This document shows positions 33,405 through 42,544 of a DNA stretch of 46,433 bases, piece by piece. The stretch lies in the NCBI GenBank assembly GCA_030602965.1, contig JAUVYS010000002.1, forward strand, positions 1 through 46,433, in the 5' to 3' direction. A model generated the notes under the pieces. The model did not search any database. It was not told the DNA's origin and saw nothing but the letters and a program-made list of their open reading frames with translations. A program made the position numbers and the translations under genes. Position 1 is the first letter of the stretch; each line of letters opens with the position of its first letter. The DNA comes from Candidatus Bathyarchaeota archaeon. GTDB taxonomy: Archaea; Thermoproteota; Bathyarchaeia; RBG-16-48-13; JAGMEO01.

Positions 33405-34260
33405 CTTTGTATGTATATTTTTTGATTTGTTCTTGTGTTATGCTTGTTTCAAAATGCTTAAATAGCTTGAATTTTTTTTTGGTTTGTAAAAGTCGATTTT
33501 TCTTTACGATTCTTTGATGAGTGTTTGTTTTGAAATCTCTATAGTTTCCTCCACCCGGCATTTTAAACCGTACATCTTTCATCTCTCGGCAATCAGCGTT
33601 TCGGACATAAACACTTCTAAGATTATGATGTTTTTGTCTAGCGTGATAATTGCTGTCTTCTAAACCGTAAAGACTCCATTCTCTGAAATATCCAAGTTTC
33701 TTGAATGTGGAAGCATTGAAAACGTAGATTCCTCCTGGATTAGGACAATTATCTAATATGACACCGTTAACAGTTTTCCACTGAGTGACTTTGAACCATT
33801 TATATTCTCGTCTTTTTCCGAAGCCCTGCACGTTAGAGCCGACTACTCCTAATCCATCATATTTTCCAAGTTCACTTTTAGGAATGTTAGTAGCATAACA
33901 CATGTAACTTAGCCAGTAAGGACTCCTCACTTCTATGTCATTGTCTATGCAAGCATACCAGTTTGCTTTATCTTTCCAAGTTTTCAACCCGTAGTTTTTG
34001 CCTCTGCCTATACCAACATTTTTAGGTAAAAGAATAACCTTATCAATTTTCCCTGTACGTTTAAGATGTTTCAGTTTTTCTGGTGTTCCATCCCAGCTAC
34101 CATTATCTACAACTGTTAAGGTGTGTGGTAAATGCGTGTTTTTGAAGATTGATAATAGACTTAGACGGGTGAGACTCCATCGATTAAAACACACCATGAT
34201 GATAGCTACTTTTTTCTTAGCGGTTTTCATTTGTGCACTGTATTTTTTGGGATTGAACAA
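33397..34260 (-). CDS. family 2 glycosyltransferase
   Basis: VAIIMVCFNRW, VVDNGSWDGT and CIDNDIE (DxD) motifs. Confidence 0.75.
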   Translation of the reverse strand: MFNPKKYSAQMKTAKKKVAIIMVCFNRWSLTRLSLLSIFKNTHLPHTLTVVDNGSWDGTPEKLKHLKRTGKIDKVILLPKNVGIGRGKNYGLKTWKDKANWYACIDNDIEVRSPYWLSYMCYATNIPKSELGKYDGLGVVGSNVQGFGKRREYKWFKVTQWKTVNGVILDNCPNPGGIYVFNASTFKKLGYFREWSLYGLEDSNYHARQKHHNLRSVYVRNADCREMKDVRFKMPGGGNYRDFKTNTHQRIVKKNRLLQTKKKFKLFKHFETSITQEQIKKYTYKGE

Positions 34261-35571
34261 TTAAGAAAGAAACTCCTTCTTTTTTTGTTCAATAAATTGA
34301 CGATCAAATTCATTGCTGCGTTGCCTCTTTTTTATGTATGTTACACCTTCAGGCCAGCCCCAATCAAGTTTTACTTTTCTGTTAAGTATTGAAAGTTTAG
34401 ACTTCCAATTATCTAAATATAGTTGTACTGCGGATTGTGGGATACCTTTACCAGTTTTTCTTTGAGTGTAAGCCCAAAAATGAGTGAGAACAGCTTTTGG
34501 ACAAAAAACATTTCGTAAATTTTTCATCACTACTTTAAGACCGTAATCTACATCAGAATATCCGAAACGATATTCTTCATTAAGGTACCCTACTTTTTTG
34601 ATGGTTGATCTTTTGATTAAGAGGCAAGCACCTGTATTGAAGGGAACATTACGTGATTTATACGCGGCTTGTATGGATATTGGAGCACCTTCAAAAGGAT
34701 GATGAGGTGAACCGCTATGTATAGCTCCTCCGATATGCTGTATTCTTCTATGGGGATAGAATAGTTTAGCGCCGACAGTGCCGATCCTACTGCTGGTCAT
34801 GGCATAATTAACCATTTGAGTGAGCCAGCCTTTATGTCGAGCGAAAACGTCACTATTCAATAAAACAAAGAAGGCACCCTTACTTTTTTTGATGGCGATG
34901 TTGTTTCCTTTCGCCCAACCGAAATTGCCGTGATTCTTAATTAACTTTAAGTAGGGTTGCCGCTTTAACCAAGAAATACTTTGGTCAGACGAAGCATTAT
35001 CCACAACGATTAATTCGTAAGGATAAATCGTGTTTTTGAGGATGCTGGCGATTCCCACCGGTAAAAGCTCTAAAGTGTTATAGTTAAGAATTATAAGACT
35101 GGCAAAGCTTTGTTTAGGATCATAATTAATAATTTTACTCTTTGTTATTTTCAAGTTCTCTGCAAATGGGATTTGGTTAGGCAACGGTTTACGTGGTGGT
35201 TTAGGGGGTGCGCCAGCGTGTGTAAGGGATCCCATAGTTATTGTTTTCAAAAGTTTTCTTTTTTGTCCCTTACATCCTTTTTTTACATCAGGAAAAAGAA
35301 CTTTATTTCCTAAATACACAGCAGAATGACAATTGATCGTTTCAGTTTCCAAGTAATTTATGATTGTGATAATTCTGTTTTTACGATTAATTTTAAGAAT
35401 GAGTTGGCTTTCGCACCAATATAAAGTGAAGGTTACATGCCAAATGAAAGGGGATAATTGTTTTATCGTACAATATTGTTTTTCTTTTGTTGTTATTACT
35501 TGACCTGTATCCTGTACACGTATCCATAGATCAGAAATATTCCATGAGCGCTGAGTAGTTTTCGGAGTCAA
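34261..35571 (-). CDS. protein with a C-terminal family 2 glycosyltransferase domain (436 aa)
   Basis: SLIILNYNT, VVDNASSDQS and VLLNSDV motifs. The N-terminal 140 aa are unknown. Confidence 0.75.
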   Translation of the reverse strand: MTPKTTQRSWNISDLWIRVQDTGQVITTKEKQYCTIKQLSPFIWHVTFTLYWCESQLILKINRKNRIITIINYLETETINCHSAVYLGNKVLFPDVKKGCKGQKRKLLKTITMGSLTHAGAPPKPPRKPLPNQIPFAENLKITKSKIINYDPKQSFASLIILNYNTLELLPVGIASILKNTIYPYELIVVDNASSDQSISWLKRQPYLKLIKNHGNFGWAKGNNIAIKKSKGAFFVLLNSDVFARHKGWLTQMVNYAMTSSRIGTVGAKLFYPHRRIQHIGGAIHSGSPHHPFEGAPISIQAAYKSRNVPFNTGACLLIKRSTIKKVGYLNEEYRFGYSDVDYGLKVVMKNLRNVFCPKAVLTHFWAYTQRKTGKGIPQSAVQLYLDNWKSKLSILNRKVKLDWGWPEGVTYIKKRQRSNEFDRQFIEQKKKEFLS

Positions 35572-36571
35572 ATTGTTTTTTCCCCTGGCCGATTTTACGT
35601 GCCATACGTTTTCTCATTTTTTTATCAGTGAGTAACGTAATAATACTGTCCGCGAGATCATCAACACTATAAGTATGCAGTTGTTGAATCATCAAGTTTT
35701 CCCATCGTAGTTTCTGCACGTCTTTCATTGGAATTAACAAGCCTGTTTTTCCATGATCGATTAGGTCACTCATTGGAGACGTGTTTACTGCAATCACAGG
35801 TTTATTATGTCGGAAGGCTTCAATTATTGGTAAGCCGTAGCCTTCTACAAAGCTTGGGCAAACGTAAATTTTACAGAGTTTATAGAGAGTGTTCATTTTC
35901 TTTTCGTCATAGAGAGTGAAACAGTTAGTAGGCCAGAACTGTTTTAGTTGTAGTCGTTGTGCTATTCCACTGATGTCAAAGAATCCTCCGCCTGAATGTA
36001 ATATTGAAAAAACATCTGGTATTTCTCTTTCCACAAGTTTCACGGCGAGCAGTAAGTTATCGATTCCTTTACGTTGAATATTAGCTGCCACAGTCAAGAT
36101 GACTTTTTTTGTTTTAATCGCTTTCTTCATTGTGGTATAGAAGGGTTTATCGATTTCTTTGTCGGTCATATCTATACCGTGTGGCACTACTCCATCACAG
36201 ACTAATTGAGTGGATTCAATCATTAACTTGGTGAAGTCGCTGTTAGCTATGATTTTAATGTTTTTCGCGATTTCATAACTCATAGGATCTAATATTGGAA
36301 ATCCTTCAGTTGTAGTATAAAACACCACGTTTTTGTCTGAGAAACGAGTTAAGTAGCTTAGTGTTGGATGGGTGATAGTGGCTATAAACAAAATGTTTTT
36401 TTCAGGTATATCTTTAGCTTCCCAATCATACATGCTAATATCCACAGATTGATGCTGTGTATCTCTTTTATTTTTGAGTGCGTTATAGATGTCGCGGGCG
36501 ACTTTTTGGTGGCTGAATCCCATTTGGATTCCGAAGAATGTTCCAGCTTGTGTTACTATTGCTAGTTTCAT
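35531..36571 (-). CDS. GT-B (GT4-like) glycosyltransferase
   Basis: PSFVEGYGLPIIEAFRHNKPVIAVNTSPMSDLIDHGKTGLL, an E-x7-E region. Confidence 0.8.
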   Translation of the reverse strand: MKLAIVTQAGTFFGIQMGFSHQKVARDIYNALKNKRDTQHQSVDISMYDWEAKDIPEKNILFIATITHPTLSYLTRFSDKNVVFYTTTEGFPILDPMSYEIAKNIKIIANSDFTKLMIESTQLVCDGVVPHGIDMTDKEIDKPFYTTMKKAIKTKKVILTVAANIQRKGIDNLLLAVKLVEREIPDVFSILHSGGGFFDISGIAQRLQLKQFWPTNCFTLYDEKKMNTLYKLCKIYVCPSFVEGYGLPIIEAFRHNKPVIAVNTSPMSDLIDHGKTGLLIPMKDVQKLRWENLMIQQLHTYSVDDLADSIITLLTDKKMRKRMARKIGQGKKQFDSENYSALMEYF

Positions 36572-37173
36572 GTTTCTTCTTCCTCTTTTTCTTCTTCTAA
36601 ACCTATTATTACTTTTACATCCTGTAAGTTACGTTCTAACCATTCCCCTCCTTCAGGACCATAACTTTTAATGATTTGATAAACAACAGGATTTTCAAAA
36701 CGAAGAGTAAAAATAGTAACTTTCATGTTCATAGCGTTCCGAGCTTTTTTTCTAAGACTCGGCCAATTTTTCACAAAAGCACGTCCAGTTCCCACAGCAA
36801 TTCTTGTAGGTAAACTGGTATATTCTCTATATTTATCTGCAATTGTCTCCTGGTATTCTAAAGCATCAACTACATCGTCAGGATCAAGATCTACAAGCCA
36901 ATCAAAATAAAGTTCTACTAAAGGTCTGACTGCCGCGTGGATTTGATCCATCAATTTCTTTTTTGTTTCAAAATATAATTCAGGTGTAATATCTATAATT
37001 AGCTTAGTTGGAACTTCCTCAACATCAGATATAACTGAATCTTTTTGAGGCGTGTCATCGATTGATGTTAATTCGTCTTGTGATTCTCTAAGAGATTCTT
37101 CCTTACCTTCTTCCCTCATTTTCTCTCGATCTGTCTCTATTGGCAATCTTATTTTTACAGGAACGGAATTCAT
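36568..37173 (-). CDS. acidic hypothetical protein (201 aa)
   Basis: ORF coupled by a 4-nt overlap to the GT4 gene. Confidence 0.65.
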   Translation of the reverse strand: MNSVPVKIRLPIETDREKMREEGKEESLRESQDELTSIDDTPQKDSVISDVEEVPTKLIIDITPELYFETKKKLMDQIHAAVRPLVELYFDWLVDLDPDDVVDALEYQETIADKYREYTSLPTRIAVGTGRAFVKNWPSLRKKARNAMNMKVTIFTLRFENPVVYQIIKSYGPEGGEWLERNLQDVKVIIGLEEEKEEEET

Positions 37174-37179
37174 ATCGAA

Positions 37180-38520
37180 TCAATCCGAATCTACCCATTC
37201 CTTCATGAATTCTTCAGTAAACTCTTCTTTCGCGCGCGGTGTTTTTCTCTGTGTTAATCGTTCTCCAGAAGGTTTCTTAATAATTAAAGCTCCACTTTTT
37301 TGTAATCGATAATAACTCTCCTCCACTTCACCAGGAGCTAAATTCAACTTACGCGCTGCAACTCCTGTGTCTATTTCAGCAGCACCGTCTTCTATCTGTT
37401 TAAGAACATAATTGAGAACTCGTTTATCAACTACACCATCTGTAACTTGTTTAGACGGTGTTTCTTCACGTCTTCTCCCTTCTCGGGTTCTTCTTTCACG
37501 CGTTCTTTCTTCGCGTGTAGGTCGTGTTTCTTTAAAGGCTTTTACTGCTTCTTTACTCACTTCTCCAAAAGTGGATATTGCAACGGCTCTCCAATCGAGC
37601 ATTCCTCCTTCACCACCACTTTTAAATTTTTTACCGACTTCATCCATTTTATTTGTTATTGTAATTAAAGCATCCAATAAATCAGTTAATTTACTAGTTT
37701 CGGTCCCGCCTTCTTTACCAATAGTTTCTAATTTCGCTGTGACTCTACCTAGTTCCTCTCTTAATGGCTGGATTTCATCTTTGAATTCTGCTTTACGTTC
37801 CAGATCTTTTACTTTAGACTTTTCAACTTGTAACTCTGATTCTGGTGATGCTTGATAAACACCCTCCTCTTTATTTAGAATCATGTCTATTTGATTTCCC
37901 ATTTGATTCATTGTAACGATAAGAGGGTTGACGGCATCTTGTAATTCGTTTTTACCTTCAAGTCTCTCCAGTCTCTTCATCATATATTCCATTTCAGGAT
38001 TTTTACCGGGGTTTCCTCCTCCCATATCTCCCATTCCTCCTCCCATTAAGATACGCATAGCCATGACTTGTGGAAGAAATCTATCCATTATTTTCATAAA
38101 TTGGTCTTGTCCTTCTTTATTTAATTGTGGAATTTGCTTTAGAAGTTGATCTCCTACTTTAGCTGCGACAACAGCGTTTATAGTGTCTTTAGTTGCTTTT
38201 GATGAAGGCGTGTCAGGTAAAACACTTAAGGTTCGGTTTATCGCGTCTATTGTCGGCATTAACTGTTCTAGTTCACTGTATGGATTGAAACCCATGTCAG
38301 AGAATGTTTTAGTTAAGAGGATAGCGGCTTGTTTCTTGTTAGGAATTCCCATTTTTTCACAGTATAATTCGAGAAAAGTATCGAATTCCGGCCTGTCAAG
38401 AGGTGTCTTAATTGTAACTATCGGCGGTTCTTTTTTTAGTACAGGTTTTTCTTCTTCTATACTTTCAGTAAGTGTTTCTTCTTCTTGAATTCTTTCTTCT
38501 TGTGTTTCTAGCTCAGACAT
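37180..38520 (-). CDS. large hypothetical protein (446 aa): coiled-coil, Gly/Met-rich loop, C-terminal winged-helix-like segment
   Basis: MGGGMGDMGGGNPG loop, RERRTREGRRRE tract, and C-terminal VLNYVLKQIEDGAAEIDTGVAARKLNL. Confidence 0.65.
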   Translation of the reverse strand: MSELETQEERIQEEETLTESIEEEKPVLKKEPPIVTIKTPLDRPEFDTFLELYCEKMGIPNKKQAAILLTKTFSDMGFNPYSELEQLMPTIDAINRTLSVLPDTPSSKATKDTINAVVAAKVGDQLLKQIPQLNKEGQDQFMKIMDRFLPQVMAMRILMGGGMGDMGGGNPGKNPEMEYMMKRLERLEGKNELQDAVNPLIVTMNQMGNQIDMILNKEEGVYQASPESELQVEKSKVKDLERKAEFKDEIQPLREELGRVTAKLETIGKEGGTETSKLTDLLDALITITNKMDEVGKKFKSGGEGGMLDWRAVAISTFGEVSKEAVKAFKETRPTREERTRERRTREGRRREETPSKQVTDGVVDKRVLNYVLKQIEDGAAEIDTGVAARKLNLAPGEVEESYYRLQKSGALIIKKPSGERLTQRKTPRAKEEFTEEFMKEWVDSD

Positions 38521-39160
38521 TTTGTTGTCCTCTAATTAAAATTTGTAATTGTGATGCCACGTGCTCTTGTACGGTTGGATTCACTTCATAACCGAGTGCG
38601 CGTAACTGAATAAGTTTATTTATAAACTCTGTGTAGATTCTGAAAGCGGCTAATCGAGTGAATATTGGTTGAGTGGATTCAACTAGGATGCTTGAGAGAG
38701 CGCGTAAACTATTCATTTCTTGCACCATGTTTTCTATTTGATCACCATATTCTTCATAGGTTGTAATTGCTGTTGTGACATATTCTTCCATGCTCATTCC
38801 ATGTGTAGCCGCGTTCATGTAATATTCACTGATTATTTTTTTACCGATTTTTCCAATATCAGCAAAAAATAGTTTGTAAGCATCATCACCTATCTTTATC
38901 TCTGGAGCTTTAGTACCTTTAGAGGCGGGAACTCCTCTCGTTTTCCGCCAACCACTGAATGAAGTGTTTAAGCGTTTATATGTCGGTTGATCATAACCGA
39001 AGCCTTCCATCACTAAAGTTTTCAGTTGGAAGCCTGGTTGATCCCGTACTGAAACTATCCACTCAAATAATGTATCTCTTTCTTGTTGATTCAATCTTCT
39101 AGTTATACGCGCGGTAATGATAGCTTGAATCTCTTCAGGAACTTCATCTGGAGAAATCAT
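38513..39160 (-). CDS. hypothetical protein (215 aa)
   Basis: ORF coupled to its neighbours. Confidence 0.65.
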   Translation of the reverse strand: MISPDEVPEEIQAIITARITRRLNQQERDTLFEWIVSVRDQPGFQLKTLVMEGFGYDQPTYKRLNTSFSGWRKTRGVPASKGTKAPEIKIGDDAYKLFFADIGKIGKKIISEYYMNAATHGMSMEEYVTTAITTYEEYGDQIENMVQEMNSLRALSSILVESTQPIFTRLAAFRIYTEFINKLIQLRALGYEVNPTVQEHVASQLQILIRGQQNV

Positions 39161-39306
39161 TAGTCTTCCACATTTTTTTGTTTCATTCCTAAGTGATTTC
39201 GTAAAATCATCTCTATATAAAAGCTTAAAGCTGATTTTCTATTCCCGAATAATTCACGCGCTTTAGCTTCAGCTTCTTTTTTCACTGTTGTTGTAAGAGT
39301 GAACAT
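39160..39306 (-). CDS. ribbon-helix-helix (CopG/Arc-type) DNA-binding protein, absent from the ORF track
   Basis: MFTLTTTVKKEAEAKARELFGNRKSALSFYIEMILRNHL. TAATG coupling to the downstream gene. An upstream TTG at 39336 is an alternative start. Confidence 0.6.
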   Translation of the reverse strand: MFTLTTTVKKEAEAKARELFGNRKSALSFYIEMILRNHLGMKQKNVED

Positions 39307-39336
39307 AAACTTTGAGGTTTCTTCAGTATCAACCAA

Positions 39337-39361
39337 TTACTATACCTAAAGATTACTTAAG
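39337..39361. promoter_or_regulatory. 25-nt repeat copy B (imperfect palindrome TTACTTAAGGTA) in a divergent intergenic region
   Basis: TTACTATACCTAAAGATTACTTAAG. On the minus strand, TATAGTAA lies 30 nt upstream of the RHH ATG. Confidence 0.6.
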
Positions 39362-39450
39362 GTATCATAAGTCATATAAGGATACTGTATAGAAAAAAAA
39401 TGAAGCAAAGTTTTTATGGCTAAAAAAACCAATATTAATTCGTTGGTAAT

Positions 39451-39807
39451 ATGCCGATTCTTTTTGAAGAGCATGAGTTTCATACAATTGACATTTACGA
39501 GTTTCAATGGGGAGAATTAGTAACCTTAGAACAAGTAAAAAACGCTTTTGAAAATCAAGGTGGCGTAGTGATTGCTCATGAAGGCTATCCAGAATGGACT
39601 AAAGCCGTGATATTGAGTGAGGAAAACAGTCTTTCTTGGGCGGATGCAGAAGCAATAGCTAACGCTTTAGCTGTTAAGTACCCGGGTGGATTATGGACTT
39701 GGATGGTTCACAGCGATAAATTATATGGATACACTAAGAGCCTATGGACAATAAGCGGAGTCGCTATTGCAGGAGTCACAGGATTAGCTATAGGATTCAT
39801 GTTGTAA
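39451..39807 (+). CDS. tagged (MPILFEEHEF) protein with a C-terminal TM anchor
   Basis: N-terminal tag variant. C-terminal WTISGVAIAGVTGLAIGFML. TTTTTATG box 32 nt upstream. Confidence 0.65.
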   Translation: MPILFEEHEFHTIDIYEFQWGELVTLEQVKNAFENQGGVVIAHEGYPEWTKAVILSEENSLSWADAEAIANALAVKYPGGLWTWMVHSDKLYGYTKSLWTISGVAIAGVTGLAIGFML

Positions 39808-40304
39808 TGAACTTATTATTTGTTATAGGATCTCTTTTTGCTGGTCAATGGGTACTGAATCAAGTTTATAATATTGTTGAAAAGAACACTGTAAGTCTAC
39901 GCGCGCGTGAATATGCTGATTCATTAGGTTTACCTGTCTTAGATTTTGGTTGCGGGATTGATCCTAGAGGAGACTATAATGTAGATATAACTCATAGACC
40001 AGTAGCTTCTAATTTCACTTTAATACAATCTTTTGAAAAATCATATTTACCTTTTCCAGACAAGTTTTTTGGTTCAGCCTTATGTTTCCACGTTCTTGAA
40101 CACGTCAATGATCCTCAACATACACTAGATGAATTATCCAGAGTAGCGGAACGAGTCTTCGTTATAACCCCTCATCCTTTCTTCTGGAGAACATGGATTC
40201 ATGGAGGCCATAAATGGATATTTATCAACGGAGTCTGCTATAGAAACCCTTTACATTCAACAATAGAAGAATTAAACGATATACCGATCCTCTACCCTGA
40301 ATAA
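39807..40304 (+). CDS. class I SAM-dependent methyltransferase with an N-terminal TM helix
   Basis: VLDFGCGIDPRG and FGSALCFHVLEHVNDP motifs. The ATG overlaps the upstream stop (TAATG). Confidence 0.7.
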   Translation: MNLLFVIGSLFAGQWVLNQVYNIVEKNTVSLRAREYADSLGLPVLDFGCGIDPRGDYNVDITHRPVASNFTLIQSFEKSYLPFPDKFFGSALCFHVLEHVNDPQHTLDELSRVAERVFVITPHPFFWRTWIHGGHKWIFINGVCYRNPLHSTIEELNDIPILYPE

Positions 40305-40305
40305 A

Positions 40306-40470
40306 CTATATTTCTTCAACTGAATCTTTCTTCTTTTCGGGTTCTACAGTTACTTCTATTCCTGGAAACATTGAAGTTATTGCTTTTACAACGGTTTCTT
40401 TTGTCGGTAAAGTAACTTTCAAAGTTAAAGTTCTAGTTTCTTCCTCAACCTTTTTTTCTTCTTCACTCAT
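40306..40470 (-). CDS. small acidic protein (54 aa), absent from the ORF track
   Basis: ATGA overlap with the upstream gene stop. Confidence 0.4.
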   Translation of the reverse strand: MSEEEKKVEEETRTLTLKVTLPTKETVVKAITSMFPGIEVTVEPEKKKDSVEEI

Positions 40471-41051
40471 GAATTAATCACCTCCTTTGTCTTCTTACTT
40501 TTTCGGGGGAATTCCCATACAAAGTCGAAGATGTCTGGATTATCAACTTTTGTACCTTCAAATACTGCTAAGATAAGAGTGAGATTATTGTTCTGTTGTT
40601 TAATGAGTTTGTATCCTGTGAGTTTAGGACCATCTCTCAAAAGGTTGCTTCTCGGGTTAATTTCACATTCTATGATATACATCATTTGACCATAAGCCAT
40701 CTTAACTAATTCAGCATAGGCATCCATGTTTCCAAGTTTTTTGTGTCTTTCAGCATTCTTCATTAAGTCAGAGTCTAATGAATCTAATGGTTCTTTTTGT
40801 TTGTATCGATCAGCTTTCGCATCAAACTGAGCTATACAAGCTATATCCGCATACATACGTACTTCTGCGAACGCTACTCTTGAATAACCAAAACCTAGTC
40901 CTCTGATTTCGCTTTGAGTCTTAACATCTAAGGGCATTTCTCTAACTACAGTTATGTTTAACCATTTGTCTCCTATCAACTCCTTGAGAAGTTTTTGACT
41001 AGCCATACGTATTAGGTTTTGATGTCCAGAAGATCCGCTACGACCACTCAT
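40467..41051 (-). CDS. hypothetical protein, possible PD-(D/E)xK nuclease fold (194 aa)
   Basis: YADIACI ... MMYIIECEI resembles D...ExE/K spacing. The match is weak. Confidence 0.5.
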   Translation of the reverse strand: MSGRSGSSGHQNLIRMASQKLLKELIGDKWLNITVVREMPLDVKTQSEIRGLGFGYSRVAFAEVRMYADIACIAQFDAKADRYKQKEPLDSLDSDLMKNAERHKKLGNMDAYAELVKMAYGQMMYIIECEINPRSNLLRDGPKLTGYKLIKQQNNNLTLILAVFEGTKVDNPDIFDFVWEFPRKSKKTKEVINS

Positions 41052-41095
41052 ATTATAATCATCTATGCTCTATGATTTTTAACGGTTCTCACAGC

Positions 41096-41377
41096 TTAAC
41101 CTTCACGTATATGCTCACGTAGTTTAATTTCAAATTTGCAGTATTTACAACTTATTTGTTCTGTTGTCCATAAAGAATTCCTAAATTTACGCATACTTAC
41201 GTATAGACTATGTATTCCTTTTGGACATAAGATATAACAAAAAAAAATGGCGGTTGGTTGAGAAATTAAAAAAAATCGTATGAAGGTGAAAAGTCTTGCC
41301 TTAAATTGTGATACTCGGATTCTCAACTTCAAGACTTTTAGTTTTAATCGTCGCTTGATCTTGTCCATCTGATTCAT
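41096..41377 (-). CDS. hypothetical basic/hydrophobic protein (93 aa)
   Basis: ORF with a GTGAG SD. Confidence 0.45.
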   Translation of the reverse strand: MNQMDKIKRRLKLKVLKLRIRVSQFKARLFTFIRFFLISQPTAIFFCYILCPKGIHSLYVSMRKFRNSLWTTEQISCKYCKFEIKLREHIREG

Positions 41378-41411
41378 GATCTTATCTCACGCGTATTTGA
41401 TTCTAGATCCA

Positions 41412-41591
41412 TCAGTTTTTAGCGAGACAAAAAGGACAGACATAACCACTCCAACCAGGTATAATATATGGAGTGTACGTTCTATGACCACACTTCAAAC
41501 AAAGAAATGGTCGGCCTGATGGGTTGAATTCTGAATTACCTAAACGATACTCCCTAACTTGCGTGGTGAGTACATACTTCATCACAATCAT
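41412..41591 (-). CDS. zinc-ribbon protein (59 aa), absent from the ORF track
   Basis: CLKCGH...CPFC motifs. ATGA overlap with the upstream HTH gene. Confidence 0.55.
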   Translation of the reverse strand: MIVMKYVLTTQVREYRLGNSEFNPSGRPFLCLKCGHRTYTPYIIPGWSGYVCPFCLAKN

Positions 41592-41794
41592 CTTCTTTTT
41601 TTCTTTTTTCGATATAAAACACTTCGATATTTACGTTTTACTCTATCGGATTCTCTTATTTTCGCTTTCACATTATCTCTTATCGAGTAAACAGTTGATG
41701 GTTTTATTTCTAGCTTATCCGCAAGAACCTTTACTGTCTTGTTTTGTAATCCGTCAAGAATTTCCTTTTGGCGTTTAGAGAGAAAATAAACCAT
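41588..41794 (-). CDS. HTH DNA-binding protein (LuxR/sigma-70 region-4-like)
   Basis: LSKRQKEILDGLQNKTVKVLADKLEIKPSTVYSIRDNVKAKI, with a basic tail. Confidence 0.65.
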   Translation of the reverse strand: MVYFLSKRQKEILDGLQNKTVKVLADKLEIKPSTVYSIRDNVKAKIRESDRVKRKYRSVLYRKKKKRR

Positions 41795-42150
41795 TATTCT
41801 ATCTCCTTAATTCGTTCTATTTTTAAGGGAATAACAATTTTTCCCTTGAAAAAGTCAGTAGCCATTATCCAAACTTCATTCACATATCTAAAAAGGTCAG
41901 GTATCACAACAATAAACTTAGTAATACCAATATCCATAGAAATATTTTGTTTCTGCCAATACTGTAACTTATCTACTGTTGGACTTAAAGATTCATACTC
42001 TACTCGCAGCACTTCATCATTTTTACTCATGAGTAAATCAGGTTTGAACTTAATCTTCATTATTCCCTTAACTTCTTCACGCTTGAATCCTTTTTCAGCC
42101 AGAATACGGCTGATCCGATCAATTATAGCATCATGTTCCTGTTTTGCCAT
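41794..42150 (-). CDS. hypothetical protein, possible PD-(D/E)xK nuclease fold (118 aa from MAKQEHD)
   Basis: KPDLLMSKNDEVLRVEYES. TTTATATT lies 35 nt upstream of the ATG at 42150. Confidence 0.5.
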   Translation of the reverse strand: MAKQEHDAIIDRISRILAEKGFKREEVKGIMKIKFKPDLLMSKNDEVLRVEYESLSPTVDKLQYWQKQNISMDIGITKFIVVIPDLFRYVNEVWIMATDFFKGKIVIPLKIERIKEIE

Positions 42151-42544
42151 CTTAAACACAATTTTGCTATTATCTAGGTATAGCAAATATAAACTTTACT
42201 ATACCCTATATGGCTATGCTATCTTAAGGGATGGAGATTAACTTACTATTTCTCAGTCAATAACCAGGACTAAACACCATTACTTTCCATCATTAAACAC
42301 TGTTTTTACCATACAAAAAATCATTGTCGAGAGAGTGTAGCCATAGTGTGAGAAGATTATCTACACCCTCCCTCCAAAATTAACGTAGACCTGCTTCAGC
42401 TTTGTAAGCTGTTTCAGAGACCTGGCCTTTCCAAGGTCCACAACAGATCTACGTCCAGAGGTGATGTTCTTTGTCAGTCAACTCTGAGATTGTAAGTAAA
42501 ATAACGATATCATATAAATTTATTGGTTTAACTGTGAATAAAGG

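Noticed and set aside
37412-38488. Several + strand ORFs (37412..37855, 37447..37668, 37928..38149, 38183..38488).
   Set aside because: All are antisense to the 446-aa minus-strand gene. They are Ser/Leu-rich, as is typical of reverse frames of E/K-rich genes.
27481-39361. The 25-nt direct repeats as att sites of an integrated sub-element.
   Set aside because: Not fully excluded, but there is no integrase or transposase inside. Both copies sit at promoter positions and contain an operator-like palindrome, which favours a regulatory role.
42383-42457. tRNA-like element: a 7-bp closing stem ACGTAGA/TCTACGT followed by CCA, about 72 nt long.
   Set aside because: The internal hairpins (a 6-bp stem with a 3-nt loop, and a GGCCTT/AAGGTC stem with a 3-nt loop) do not fit D, anticodon or T arms. 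There is no T-loop GTTCRA consensus and no discriminator base before CCA.
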